64,000 nt of DNA, taken from the NCBI GenBank assembly GCA_016198685.1, contig JACQID010000006.1:115388-179387 (forward strand). The letters run 5' to 3'. The notes below the pieces were generated by a model. That model saw only the letters and a list, made by a program, of their open reading frames with translations, had not been told where the DNA came from and did not search any database. This stretch comes from Candidatus Aenigmatarchaeota archaeon. GTDB lineage: Archaea > Aenigmatarchaeota > Aenigmatarchaeia > GW2011-AR5. The translations under genes were made by a program, and so were the position numbers. This document shows, piece after piece, positions 30,194-40,261 of this stretch (positions within the stretch are counted from its first letter, which is position 1; each line of letters opens with the position of its first letter).

Positions 30194-30294
30194 TTTTCGG
30201 GGACATTTATATATCGGGCTCACTATCCGTACTTCCCGAAACGTGTTTAAAAATACTCGTGAATATACCATAAATAAGCCGGTTTGCCCCGGGT
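30194..30294 (+). promoter_or_regulatory. CRISPR leader
   Basis: Non-coding ~100 bp between cas2 and the first repeat, with a TTTATATA box flanked by TTTCGGG/CCCGAAA. Confidence 0.75.
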
Positions 30295-31603
30295 GTTTGA
30301 AGAGTACTTTTGTAGTATTGAAATTTACTCCAGGGCATACAGCTTGATCCGGCACAAACTGTTTGAAGAGTACTTTTGTAGTATTGAAATTTTAAGATTC
30401 TCATGATTGAGGTTGTCGATGATGATAAGTTTGAAGAGTACTTTTGTAGTATTGAAATTCGTCCTTCTCGCTCGCTACTCTTGTTGATAACGAACCGTTT
30501 GAAGAGTACTTTTGTAGTATTGAAATCTGAATTTAGATGTTCGCGATTTCGAAGAATTCAAAGGTTTGAAGAGTACTTTTGTAGTATTGAAATGCGAAAC
30601 TTATTACAGCGACCATTATCTCACGTTCATAAGTTTGAAGAGTACTTTTGTAGTATTGAAATTGTGTTAATTTCAGGTGCAGCCACAGACGCATCTGCAG
30701 TTTGAAGAGTACTTTTGTAGTATTGAAATCTTGTTATACCGTTCTCAGTTACGGAAGTGATGGTAGGTTTGAAGAGTACTTTTGTAGTATTGAAATTCGA
30801 CAGTGTTAGATATTGGGTCGCGGAATCTACCGGGTTTGAAGAGTACTTTTGTAGTATTGAAATTCATGCACCCCGATAAGCAAGCCCAAGTATTTGTCTG
30901 TTTGAAGAGTACTTTTGTAGTATTGAAATAAAGAATCTGACGCATGAAACAGGGAATACGCATTTAGTTTGAAGAGTACTTTTGTAGTATTGAAATTCGG
31001 GCGCACCGCCTGCTGGCGCTGTTTCTGAAACGTGTTTGAAGAGTACTTTTGTAGTATTGAAATAGTTCATCGTTCAATTCTCTAAGAGCAAGAATTTCGT
31101 CACGGTTTGAAGAGTACTTTTGTAGTATTGAAATACTGCGAAAACTGCTTCGAGTGCGCCTGACGCAACGCCCAGTTTGAAGAGTACTTTTGTAGTATTG
31201 AAATCAGCACGCCCTTGTCCGTGCTACCAAACTGCCGCTGCGTTTGAAGAGTACTTTTGTAGTATTGAAATTGAGGCCGAAGTTGTAAACAGAAAAGGGG
31301 AAAAACGTTTGAAGAGTACTTTTGTAGTATTGAAATCTGATCGCCTTCAAAGGAGTAGGGCTTGATTTTTCTTTGTTTGAAGAGTACTTTTGTAGTATTG
31401 AAATTACCATAGCGTCATGCTTTCACCTCGTCAAGTAGCCGTTTGAAGAGTACTTTTGTAGTATTGAAATATCAATTTTTCAAGAACATTCTGATATTTG
31501 CTTTTAGTTTGAAGAGTACTTTTGTAGTATTGAAATTATCTCGCCCTGCTTGATTCTATCTCGGCAAAACTAGGTTTGAAGAGTACTTTTGTAGCATTCT
31601 TAT
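30295..31603 (+). CRISPR. CRISPR array, repeat GTTTGAAGAGTACTTTTGTAGTATTGAAAT (30 bp); 19 identical repeats plus 1 degenerate terminal repeat; 19 spacers of 35-41 bp
   Basis: Counted directly; the last repeat (31574) matches for 21 bp and then diverges; ATTGAAA(T) 3' end and leader position give + orientation. Confidence 0.98.
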
Positions 31604-31884
31604 ATCCTGCTGATCTTCTCAGAGAGTTTGCGTTTCTCTATGGCAAAATCCTTGAGAAACCGGTAACCCGCGGCGCTAAGCTCGGCGCCTTTTGTCGTAG
31701 GCTGCAGGAAGCTGCATTGCTGTATTATGCGAAGAGAATAGCGTACCTGTTGCGGAGGAATCTCGGTTATTTTAGACAATTTCAGTATACCCAGAGGGCC
31801 TTGTTCCGACAGTAAGCGCATGATTCGTATGTGCCTTTCCATGAGTTGCAGTTCTTTTTTGACATTCTTTATGATTAAAACCAT
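31600..31884 (-). CDS. Archaeal winged-helix transcription regulator
   Basis: RH.RI..LL...GPLGI.KLS......QVRYSLR.....L.PT.KGA; palindrome ACTATGT-T-ACATAGT at 31888-31902 just upstream. Confidence 0.75.
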   Translation of the reverse strand: MVLIIKNVKKELQLMERHIRIMRLLSEQGPLGILKLSKITEIPPQQVRYSLRIIQQCSFLQPTTKGAELSAAGYRFLKDFAIEKRKLSEKISRI

Positions 31885-31955
31885 GTTACTATGTTACATA
31901 GTTGCACATATTTAAAGGCACGTTTCATAATCAGCAAGGTAATAGAGGTGAAACA

Positions 31956-32189
31956 ATGGAGGCACGTATAAGGCTGAGAGAGCTTAATCCGGTACCCAAA
32001 GGGTGGAAACCCATAGCCACGGTTCGCGTACCGTATGGATGCACGGATTTTACAGACGAGTGCATGCAGATAGCGCGAAACAGGGGATACGAACTTCCGG
32101 TTGCATTTGGCATTAGAATCAGCCATTCGATTCCAAGACCATATGCAGATGAACCGGATCAGAAAATAGTGCAATTTTATGCGCTTTGA
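31956..32189 (+). CDS. Hypothetical protein (77 aa)
   Basis: GAGGTGA SD before the ATG; followed by a T-rich terminator-like tract. Confidence 0.55.
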   Translation: MEARIRLRELNPVPKGWKPIATVRVPYGCTDFTDECMQIARNRGYELPVAFGIRISHSIPRPYADEPDQKIVQFYAL

Positions 32190-32245
32190 TTTTTTCCTTT
32201 TTTTGTCTTGCAAACCAATAAAAGCCTTCCAATAGATGTGATTAG

Positions 32246-33322
32246 ATGGACATCGAACGCCGCATGGAACTGATCAAGCGCCCTCCGACAGAGGAAATAA
32301 TCACAGAAGAAGACCTGCGTTCGCTTCTGCAAACAAAGCAGAAGCCCATGGCGTATGACGGCTTTGAAACCAGCGGGCTCATGCACATAGGCAGCAGCGT
32401 GCTGCGTGCGATTAAGATAAACGACTTGCTTGAAGCAAAAGTTGATTTCACGCTTTGGATAGCTGACTGGTTCGCTTACATCAACAACAAAATGAAGGGC
32501 GATATGGAGCTCATCAAGAAAACAGGTGAGTATTTCATAGAAGGATGGAAAGCATGCGGCGTTCCTGTCGAGAAGGTTCGCATCCTACGCACGAGCGATG
32601 CAGTTAAAGACCCTGATTATTGGAAGGGTGTCATCGATGTTGCCAAAGCAACGACACTACAAAGAACCCTGCGAGCCAGTCCCATAATGGGCCGGCAGGA
32701 AGCTGACATGAAATATACATCACAGCTTTTCTATCCGATGATGCAGACATGGGATCCTTTTTACTTCAACGCAGACATACTCCAGTTAGGCATGGATCAG
32801 CGTCATGCAACCATCTTGTCAAGGGAAGTTGCGCCAAAACTTGGAAGGCCAGTTCCTGTCTGCGTTCACCATCATTTGCTTGCCGGATTGCAAGGCTCGA
32901 CCGGCAGGATGGGTCAGGAGACGGCAACGCTCATGGACGAAAAAATGAGCAAGTCAAAGCCCCAGACGGCAATATTCATCCATGACAGCAAGGAAGAAAT
33001 AGAGGACAAGATAAAGAAGGCATACTGCCCTGAACGCTCGGCAGAAGGTAACCCTATCCTTGAAATGTGGAAATACATAATACTGAGAAATTTCAAATCA
33101 AGAACAATAGAACGGCCTGCAAAATTCGGGGGGAACTTGGATATATATTCTTACGAGAATCTTGAGAGCATGTATTCTGAAGGTAAACTTCATCCAATGG
33201 ACCTCAAGAAGGAAACTATTAATGCGATGGATGAAATCCTCTCTCCTGTAAGGAAGCATTTTGAAACGGGCAAAGCCAAGAAACTATATGAAACTGTCAA
33301 GACGGCGCATATCACAAGATGA
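32246..33322 (+). CDS. tyrS: Tyrosyl-tRNA synthetase (archaeal type)
   Basis: YDGFE.SG.MHIG, YP.MQ..D, LGMDQ, KMSKS. Confidence 0.95.
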   Translation: MDIERRMELIKRPPTEEIITEEDLRSLLQTKQKPMAYDGFETSGLMHIGSSVLRAIKINDLLEAKVDFTLWIADWFAYINNKMKGDMELIKKTGEYFIEGWKACGVPVEKVRILRTSDAVKDPDYWKGVIDVAKATTLQRTLRASPIMGRQEADMKYTSQLFYPMMQTWDPFYFNADILQLGMDQRHATILSREVAPKLGRPVPVCVHHHLLAGLQGSTGRMGQETATLMDEKMSKSKPQTAIFIHDSKEEIEDKIKKAYCPERSAEGNPILEMWKYIILRNFKSRTIERPAKFGGNLDIYSYENLESMYSEGKLHPMDLKKETINAMDEILSPVRKHFETGKAKKLYETVKTAHITR

Positions 33323-33849
33323 TCGCAATAATTCTTCCCGGAAACGGCGGTCCTGACATTGACCGGAACTGGTACAAGAGCGTCAAGAAAGAGCTTGAGA
33401 GCTTAGGAATTCGCGTTGTTCTCCAAACCATGCCGGATCCGATTCTTGCGAGAAAAGAATTCTGGCTTCCTTTCATAGAGCATCATGCTTCACAGAAGCA
33501 AAAAGTCATACTGATAGGTCATTCTTCCGGCGCAGTCGCGATACTGCGTTATCTGGAAACGCACAAGGCCGAAGGAGCGATTATAGCCGGCGCCTGCGTC
33601 ACCGACCTTGGGGACGATATGGAGAAAGCGAGCGGCTATTATGACAGCGCGTGGCAATGGGAAAGTATAAAGAAGAATACGGGATGGATAATCCAGTTCG
33701 CCTCCCGCGACGACCCTTACATTCCGATAGAAGAGGAACGGTATATAAATGAAATGCTGAACACCGAGTATCATGAGTTTGAGGACAGAGGGCATTTCAT
33801 GGATGATGATTTTCCTGAGCTTGTTCAAGAGCTAAGGAAAAAACTTTAG
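33319..33849 (+). CDS. RBBP9/YdeN alpha/beta hydrolase
   Basis: PGNGG, NWY, MPDP..AR, GHSSG, DDPYIP, GHF. Confidence 0.88.
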   Translation: MIAIILPGNGGPDIDRNWYKSVKKELESLGIRVVLQTMPDPILARKEFWLPFIEHHASQKQKVILIGHSSGAVAILRYLETHKAEGAIIAGACVTDLGDDMEKASGYYDSAWQWESIKKNTGWIIQFASRDDPYIPIEEERYINEMLNTEYHEFEDRGHFMDDDFPELVQELRKKL

Positions 33850-34160
33850 GGGAAACTCCATAGGTATCTCGCGTCTATTCTCCCGCCTTTGACAATCACA
33901 CCATCCTGCGCCAATAGCATAATCTTTTTTTCGATATTTGTTCCTTTCGTCTCGCCGGCATAGCCTCCAAGTGTACGGTCAGAACGGATAACCTTATAGC
34001 AGGGGCAGATATCTGTCCGTGGGTTTCTCTTCAATATCTGGCCCACTGCGCGTGGCGAAGTGCCAGCCGCACGGGCTAGTTCTTTGTATGTTACGACCTT
34101 TCCTTTCGGTATTTTTCGCAGTAGCAGAAGCGCCGGATGCAAGTTATTGAGAGGTACCAT
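33846..34160 (-). CDS. ogt: Methylated-DNA-protein-cysteine methyltransferase (single-domain MGMT)
   Basis: IPKGKVVTY..LA, PRAVG, NP....PCYKV, GGY. Confidence 0.85.
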   Translation of the reverse strand: MVPLNNLHPALLLLRKIPKGKVVTYKELARAAGTSPRAVGQILKRNPRTDICPCYKVIRSDRTLGGYAGETKGTNIEKKIMLLAQDGVIVKGGRIDARYLWSFP

Positions 34161-34210
34161 GAACGAATATTCGGCGTGTATTTTAAAACGTTTTCCATCC
34201 AAGGTCTTTC

Positions 34211-34717
34211 ATGAAGCATATTCTTGTCGTACTTGCCGTTCTTGCAGCGGCAGGTTGCATCACAGGGAATGCATTGGACGGGATTGGTGATACTATGGCA
34301 GTTGAAAAAGGAGATCATATTTTCGTCGATTATACAGGAACGCTGGGCGACGGCACGGTCTTCGATTCCTCCGAAGGGAAGGAACCGCTTGAGTTTGACG
34401 CAGGCGCGGGCCAGATGATAAAGGGCTTCGATGATGCGGTCATAGGAATGAAGAAGGGTGAAACAAAGAGCGTGACGATTGCCGCGAAGGACGCTTACGG
34501 TGAGCGAAGTGAGGATAACGTAATCGGCGTTTCGCTGACGAAGATAAGAGACGCAGGCATAATAGACCCGAAAGTCGGAGACGTGCTTTCTATGAGCGGA
34601 CAGCCCGTGAAGATAGTTTCCATTGACGGCGGCATAGTAAGAGTGGATGCGAATCATCCGTTGGCCGGAAAAGACCTGACCTTTAAAATAAAGGTCGTTG
34701 ACATAAGGAAGAAGTGA
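34211..34717 (+). CDS. FKBP/SlyD-type peptidyl-prolyl isomerase with lipoprotein-like signal
   Basis: VDYTG.L.DGTVFDSS, MIKGFD, AYG, DANHPLAGK.L.F; N-terminal LAAAGC lipobox-like sequence. Confidence 0.9.
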   Translation: MKHILVVLAVLAAAGCITGNALDGIGDTMAVEKGDHIFVDYTGTLGDGTVFDSSEGKEPLEFDAGAGQMIKGFDDAVIGMKKGETKSVTIAAKDAYGERSEDNVIGVSLTKIRDAGIIDPKVGDVLSMSGQPVKIVSIDGGIVRVDANHPLAGKDLTFKIKVVDIRKK

Positions 34718-35188
34718 CTACTTTAGCTGCAAAATATGCGATTCTTTGGATTCGTAAAAGCAGAATAATGTGAGAGTCCTTTCCACTTCCGGCATGTTCC
34801 ATAGCGTATCCACGACCCATTTTCCTATCTCCTTTTCGCTCTTTCCCCTTACCTTTATCAACGCGTCATATTCTCCGGTGACGAGATAAGCTTCCTGAAC
34901 TTCCGGCAATTTTGCCAATGCCTGGCCTATGTGTTCGGATTTCATTTTGCCGTCTTTTCTTACATATCTTTTCACCAGTACCATAGCCACGGTAGGCAGG
35001 CCGATCTTCTCCGGGTCCAGTATGGCGGAGAACCCTTTTATCAAGCCCCGGTTTCTCATGCGCGTGATCCTCTGATACACAGTAGTGGCGGGCATGCCCA
35101 ATTTCCTGCCCAAAGTCCTTGTGGACTGGCGGCAGTTTTTTTGAAGCTCGGCCAAGATATCCTTATCCTTCTTGTCCAATTCGTACAT
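34718..35188 (-). CDS. Lrp/AsnC family transcription regulator
   Basis: LD.KD..IL.ELQ.N.R, TV..RI.RM...G.IKG, LVTGEYD. Confidence 0.92.
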   Translation of the reverse strand: MYELDKKDKDILAELQKNCRQSTRTLGRKLGMPATTVYQRITRMRNRGLIKGFSAILDPEKIGLPTVAMVLVKRYVRKDGKMKSEHIGQALAKLPEVQEAYLVTGEYDALIKVRGKSEKEIGKWVVDTLWNMPEVERTLTLFCFYESKESHILQLK

Positions 35189-35313
35189 TATTTTACCCTT
35201 AATTGCGTATATTGTCCATATTTTTTAATCAAATTATTTATATTGTATGTTTAAATGTTCATAGGCACGAAGAAATTTATCATTCCTTCTGCAAATATGC
35301 CGGGTGATAGAAT

Positions 35314-36010
35314 ATGATACCGGTTCTCATGAACTACAGGAATACGGGAAACAGGAAAATTCTGGTCTCGGATTGCGAGGGAACGCTGACGAGAAAGGAA
35401 TTCATGGAGGAGCTCGGCAGGTACGCTACCGGTGAGTGCCTTTCTGGACGGCCGTAAAATTGCGATAGGGGGCTATATGCGGGAGATAACCCGTCGTGGC
35501 ATGACGGGCGAGATGCCATTCGCCGATTCCCTGAATGCAAGAGCGAGGGCCATGGGCGAACGGATGACGCTTGCGGAAATGGAAGACATATGCGGCAACG
35601 TGAAACCAAGAGGGGGACTGGGATATGCATTGGACGTCCTCACCCGCGAAGGCTACGATCTGGCGGTCGTCAGCGGCGGCATATATCCTTTAGTGGAAGC
35701 GTTTACGCAGAGCAACGGCATTCAGGCGGATTACATGGCAGCATCGGGAATTACAAGGCTTGCGGGAAGAATATCCGGAGTGATGCCCCTTACCGATAAA
35801 AGAGAGGTTGTAAATCATTTCAGGAATATCGGATATCAGTACATAGCCGCTATGGGCGACGGGGCAAACGATCGCAGCATGAAGGCCGCCGCCGACCTGT
35901 TTGTCTGGATCGAACCAAAACCGGGCATGGTCGAAACGGGGGACATGGTGCTCTCAGGTAATGATTTAAGTCTGCTGCCTGATATCCTATTAAATTACAG
36001 GAGAAAGTGA
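35314..36010 (+). CDS. serB: Phosphoserine phosphatase-like HAD enzyme (SerB/ThrH), split by a +1 frameshift at about 35440-35443
   Basis: Frame A 35314-35457 carries HAD motif I (SDCEGTLT). The +1 frame carries EITRRGM.GEM.F..SL..R, VVSGG, K and MGDGAND. Lies directly upstream of serS. Confidence 0.7.
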
Positions 36011-36014
36011 TGCC

Positions 36015-37295
36015 ATGCTTGACATAAAGATGATACGCGAGAAGCCTTCGGAAGTAAGAAAAAATCTTGAACGAAGGCATGACCCGTCGATACTTGCGCG
36101 GCTGGATGAAGCGATCAAGGCAGATGCCGAGAGAAGAGACGTGATAAAGCAAGTCGAAGCCCTGAAGAAAAAACGGAATGAAATAACCAAGGAGGTTTCT
36201 TCTCTCAAGGCAAAGGGCAATGACGCCAAGAAGGAACTCAAGGACGCCGGAGAAGTTGCGGCTAAAATATCAAAGCTTGACATTGAACAGGCGAAGCTGG
36301 ACGAAAAAACAAAGCTTCTGCTTATGGGGATACCGAATCTCTTGCACGAATCGGTGCCCGAAGGAAAAGACGATACGGACAATGCGGTCGTCAAGACGGC
36401 CGGCGGCACGCTTGGTTTCACGTTCAAGCCCAAGAACCATCTGGAAATCGCGCTTGCGCTGGGACTGATAGACGAGGAGCGGGCGTCAAAGGTTTCCGGT
36501 ACCGGATTCTTTTATCTTAAGGAAGAGCTTGCCATACTTGACATGGCAATAGTCCGTTATACGATTGATTTTCTTCGAAAAAGAGGGCTCAAACTCATAG
36601 AGCCGCCTTTCATGATGAGAAAGAAGGCCTATGAAGGTGTCGTTTCATTGGAAGACTTTGAAAACGTGATGTACAAGATAGAAGACGAAGACCTGTACAT
36701 GATTGCAACGTCCGAGCATCCTATAGGCGCCATGCTGGGCGATGAAATAGTGCTTGAGAAAGACCTTCCGATGAAATTTGTCGGCGTCTCGCCCTGTTTC
36801 CGTAAAGAGATAGGAGCGCACGGGAAATATACCAAGGGAATATTCCGTGTTCACCAGTTCAATAAGGTAGAGCAGTTCGTTTTTTCAAGACCTGAAGACT
36901 CGTGGAAATTACACGAGGAACTGCAGAAGAATTCGGAGGAGCTTTTGGAAAGCCTTGGCATAAAGTTCCGCGTTGTGAATGTATGCACTGGAGACATAGG
37001 GAGCATTGCTGCCAAGAAATATGATATTGAATTTCTTATGGCAGACGGGAATTACCGCGAAATCGGCTCGAATTCCAATTGCACGGATTACCAAGCCCGC
37101 AGGCTGGGAATACGATACAAGGAAAAAGAAGGCATGGCTGTGAAAGGCTTCGTGCATACATTGAACAACACAGCCGCAGCGACAAGCCGCGTGATGGTCG
37201 CTATTCTTGAGCAGTTCCAGCAGGCGGACGGGTCGGTGGCGATACCGGCAGTTTTGCAGCCGTATTGCGGGTTCGCGGAAATGAAGAGAAAATAG
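36015..37295 (+). CDS. serS: Seryl-tRNA synthetase
   Basis: MLDIK.IR, coiled-coil arm, ATSEH, CFRKE.G, RVHQF.KVEQF, SNCTDYQARR, HTLNNT. Confidence 0.97.
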   Translation: MLDIKMIREKPSEVRKNLERRHDPSILARLDEAIKADAERRDVIKQVEALKKKRNEITKEVSSLKAKGNDAKKELKDAGEVAAKISKLDIEQAKLDEKTKLLLMGIPNLLHESVPEGKDDTDNAVVKTAGGTLGFTFKPKNHLEIALALGLIDEERASKVSGTGFFYLKEELAILDMAIVRYTIDFLRKRGLKLIEPPFMMRKKAYEGVVSLEDFENVMYKIEDEDLYMIATSEHPIGAMLGDEIVLEKDLPMKFVGVSPCFRKEIGAHGKYTKGIFRVHQFNKVEQFVFSRPEDSWKLHEELQKNSEELLESLGIKFRVVNVCTGDIGSIAAKKYDIEFLMADGNYREIGSNSNCTDYQARRLGIRYKEKEGMAVKGFVHTLNNTAAATSRVMVAILEQFQQADGSVAIPAVLQPYCGFAEMKRK

Positions 37296-37347
37296 TAACT
37301 ATTAATTAGTAGTAAATCTTTAAATATTCTGCCTGCCAATTAAATAG

Positions 37348-37995
37348 ATGGCATTCGTGTTCGGTCGGAAAAAGCTTCAGCCGCATTTCAATATTTTGAC
37401 GCAGGCAGAATATGCGGAGAATCTGGAAGAGGCACTGGCCAATCCCCATCAATATGAGGACCGTTCGTCAGGGTATATGCTGACGGAGCTTGGTTTGTGG
37501 GTCGCGGAAAGATTCAAGGACAAGCCTGTCATAGACCTTGCGTGCGGCAGCCCAAAATCCGTGAAAAGGATGTACAGGTTGGCGTCGGTGGCAGGAACGA
37601 GTGACTACCTCGGAACGGATATTCTGGCAACGGGCAGGGGCGCGTACAAATCCGCGGTAGAAGGCGTAAAAGAAGGGATGCCGATGGAGAATTACCCGCG
37701 CTGGGATGTGTCGGACAAGGATATGCTACTTTTCCTGAAAGGACTGGCCAGAAACCTGAAAGGGAACGTATTATTCAACGGCATTGATGACGCGATAATC
37801 AGGAGGGACGATGCCGGCATAAGATACATGGACGAAGTATATTTGCAGATAAAGCGGCATCTTGCAGACGGCGGCATCGTGATAGGTTCCGGAGATTTGC
37901 ACGGCTGGTTGGGACGGTTCGCAGAGCATGAGTTTGAAAGGGTTGAGGATAACGGCCCTTACAGGAACAGCATAGGCATATTCATGGCGAAATAG
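37348..37995 (+). CDS. Hypothetical protein, possible class I SAM-methyltransferase fold
   Basis: VIDLACG, YLGTDI, DML.FL, L.DGGIVI resemble methyltransferase motifs. Confidence 0.5.
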   Translation: MAFVFGRKKLQPHFNILTQAEYAENLEEALANPHQYEDRSSGYMLTELGLWVAERFKDKPVIDLACGSPKSVKRMYRLASVAGTSDYLGTDILATGRGAYKSAVEGVKEGMPMENYPRWDVSDKDMLLFLKGLARNLKGNVLFNGIDDAIIRRDDAGIRYMDEVYLQIKRHLADGGIVIGSGDLHGWLGRFAEHEFERVEDNGPYRNSIGIFMAK

Positions 37996-38068
37996 AGCGG
38001 CATCGATATAGTGCGGCAAATGATTCTATTTATTTAAACATATACTATATTATTATCATTTGAAATAT

Positions 38069-40261
38069 ATGGCGCACACTCTCATCATTTGCGAGAAACC
38101 GACGGCTTCCAAGAGCATTGCCGAGGCTCTTGCAGAAGGCAAACCTAAAAAAATGTTTGAAGAAGGAAGCAAGGCAGTCTGGTACGAATTCCAGAGAGAC
38201 GGCAAAAAATTTGTTACCGTCCCTGCAGTCGGCCATCTTTTTACGTTAAAGCAAATAGGCAAAGGATGGGAATACCCGAATTTTGACGTTGAATGGGTTC
38301 CTTCATTCAAGGCAAACCAGATGGCTGCATTCTCAGAGCCTTACTTCAGGAATATAGAGAAATTGGCATCTGATGCGGGCGATGTTATTGTAGCAACTGA
38401 CTATGACGACGAAGGAGAGGTCATAGGTTTCAACATTCTCAATCTCATGCTTGGCAGAAAAGATGCTGCACGAATGAAATTCTCCACAATGACGAAGGCC
38501 GAGCTTGTTGACAGCTACCTTCACGCGGAAAAACATCTCAATAAAAATCTCATAGAGGCGGGGATGGCGCGTCATTATCTTGATTGGTACTATGGCATAA
38601 ACCTAACGCGCGCCCTTACGAACGCAATAAAAAAGAGCGCCAAGCGATTCAGGATTCTATCAACAGGACGCGTTCAGGGGCCAACCCTCCACCTTTTGGC
38701 ATCGCATGAAAAAACGATAAAACTATTCAAATCAACGCCTTTTTGGCTCATACAACTTAATGTGAAGATAGGCAAAGAAACGCTTCTTGCGGACTACGCC
38801 GAAGACAAGATATGGGAAAAAGCCAAGGCAGAAAGCGTTATGAAGAAAGCCTCTGCCAAGAAAGCAGTTGTAACGGATGTAGAAAAAAAGCTGGTGACAC
38901 AGGCACCGCCCAAGCCTTACAACACTACATCATTCCTTAGCGATATTTACAGGTATTTCGGGTATTCACCCCAGCAAGGCTTGAATATAGCCGAGACGCT
39001 TTATCAGGCAGGATACATATCTTATCCCAGAACTTCCTCGGAAAAACTGCCCCCTGACATAAATTATAAAAAAATTATCAGCGCCCTTGGCAAACAGAAA
39101 GACTATTCAAAGGGAGCAGAAGTCCTTCTTAAAAAAGAACTCAAACCTCATGAAGGTGCGCGTACGGATCCGGCTCATCCGGCAATCTATCCTACAGGCG
39201 AGATTCCGTCAAAAGCGGGCGACAAACAGAAGAAAGTTTATGATCTTCTAGTAAGAAGATTCATGGCGTGCTTTGGCGATCCTGCTAAAAGAGAAAGCCA
39301 GAAAATTATCCTTGATGTAAATGGCGAGGAGTTTCTCATTCACGGAAAGAAGACCATAGAGAAAGGCTGGCTTTCGCTTTATGGAAAATACGCCCAGCGT
39401 GAGGATCAGGCATTGCCTGATGTGAAAAAAGATGATTCGTTGGAGATAGTAAGCGTAGATATGCTTGACAAAGAAACGCAGCCTCCTGCCAGGTACTCGC
39501 AGGGTTCTGTACTAAAGGAAATGGAAGAGAAAAATCTCGGAACGAAAGCAACCCGAGCGCAGATCCTTCAGATACTTTACAATCGTGGTTATGTCATAGG
39601 GAAGAGCATAGAAGTCACAGAACTTGGCCAGCAGCTTTCTGATATACTTGAGAAGAATGTGCCCGATGTCGTCTCGGAGAAACTTACCGGCATGTTTGAT
39701 CAGATGACAGAAAATATTGAACTTGGCAAAGAAAAGCGTGAGCACGTGCTTAAGGAAGCCCAGAAGGAACTATCGAAAATATCATCCGAGTTCAAGAAAA
39801 AGGAAATGAAAATAGGAGAGGAACTCACAAAAGCAGTCATCGCGACACAGGACAAGCAATCGATACTTGGGACATGCAAGGAATGCCACGGCACCCTTAA
39901 AGTTCACAAGCTCTGGAGAACGGGCAAACGTTTTGTCGGTTGCACGGGCTACAAGAACGGATGCCGTGTTGGATTCCCGCTGCCCAGGGAAGGCACGATA
40001 ATGAATACCGAGAAAATATGCGAGGAATGCAAAACGCCGATAATACAGGTATATTCACAGGGGAGAAGGCCGTTTAGAATGTGCCTTGACATAAACTGCG
40101 TAACGAAGAAGGATTGGCTGGATAAAAACAAACTCAAGAAGGCCAAGCAGGAAAGCATAGCGGCTTCCCGGGAAGCCGAGAAATTGAAGTGTTCGTGTAC
40201 CAAAAGCTTCAAAAGTAATAGAGCCCTTAGTATGCATAGAAAAAAGGAGGGTCATGAATGA
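38069..40261 (+). CDS. topA: DNA topoisomerase IA
   Basis: ICEKP, ATDYDDEGE, STGRVQGP, catalytic ISYPRT, LGTKATR, C-terminal Zn ribbons. Confidence 0.96.
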   Translation: MAHTLIICEKPTASKSIAEALAEGKPKKMFEEGSKAVWYEFQRDGKKFVTVPAVGHLFTLKQIGKGWEYPNFDVEWVPSFKANQMAAFSEPYFRNIEKLASDAGDVIVATDYDDEGEVIGFNILNLMLGRKDAARMKFSTMTKAELVDSYLHAEKHLNKNLIEAGMARHYLDWYYGINLTRALTNAIKKSAKRFRILSTGRVQGPTLHLLASHEKTIKLFKSTPFWLIQLNVKIGKETLLADYAEDKIWEKAKAESVMKKASAKKAVVTDVEKKLVTQAPPKPYNTTSFLSDIYRYFGYSPQQGLNIAETLYQAGYISYPRTSSEKLPPDINYKKIISALGKQKDYSKGAEVLLKKELKPHEGARTDPAHPAIYPTGEIPSKAGDKQKKVYDLLVRRFMACFGDPAKRESQKIILDVNGEEFLIHGKKTIEKGWLSLYGKYAQREDQALPDVKKDDSLEIVSVDMLDKETQPPARYSQGSVLKEMEEKNLGTKATRAQILQILYNRGYVIGKSIEVTELGQQLSDILEKNVPDVVSEKLTGMFDQMTENIELGKEKREHVLKEAQKELSKISSEFKKKEMKIGEELTKAVIATQDKQSILGTCKECHGTLKVHKLWRTGKRFVGCTGYKNGCRVGFPLPREGTIMNTEKICEECKTPIIQVYSQGRRPFRMCLDINCVTKKDWLDKNKLKKAKQESIAASREAEKLKCSCTKSFKSNRALSMHRKKEGHE

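Noticed and set aside
30245-30275. Degenerate repeat-like stretch in the leader (GTTTAAAAATACTCGTG...)
   Set aside because: Needs gaps and many mismatches, and lies only 19 bp from the first repeat; compatible with ordinary AT-rich leader sequence
30295-31603. Self-targeting spacers and ORFs across the array
   Set aside because: No convincing spacer match within the window by eye (not exhaustive); the ORFs are artefacts of repeat translation
40161-40178. Perfect 18-bp palindrome CGGCTTCCCGGGAAGCCG
   Set aside because: Single copy inside the topA coding sequence, with no supporting context
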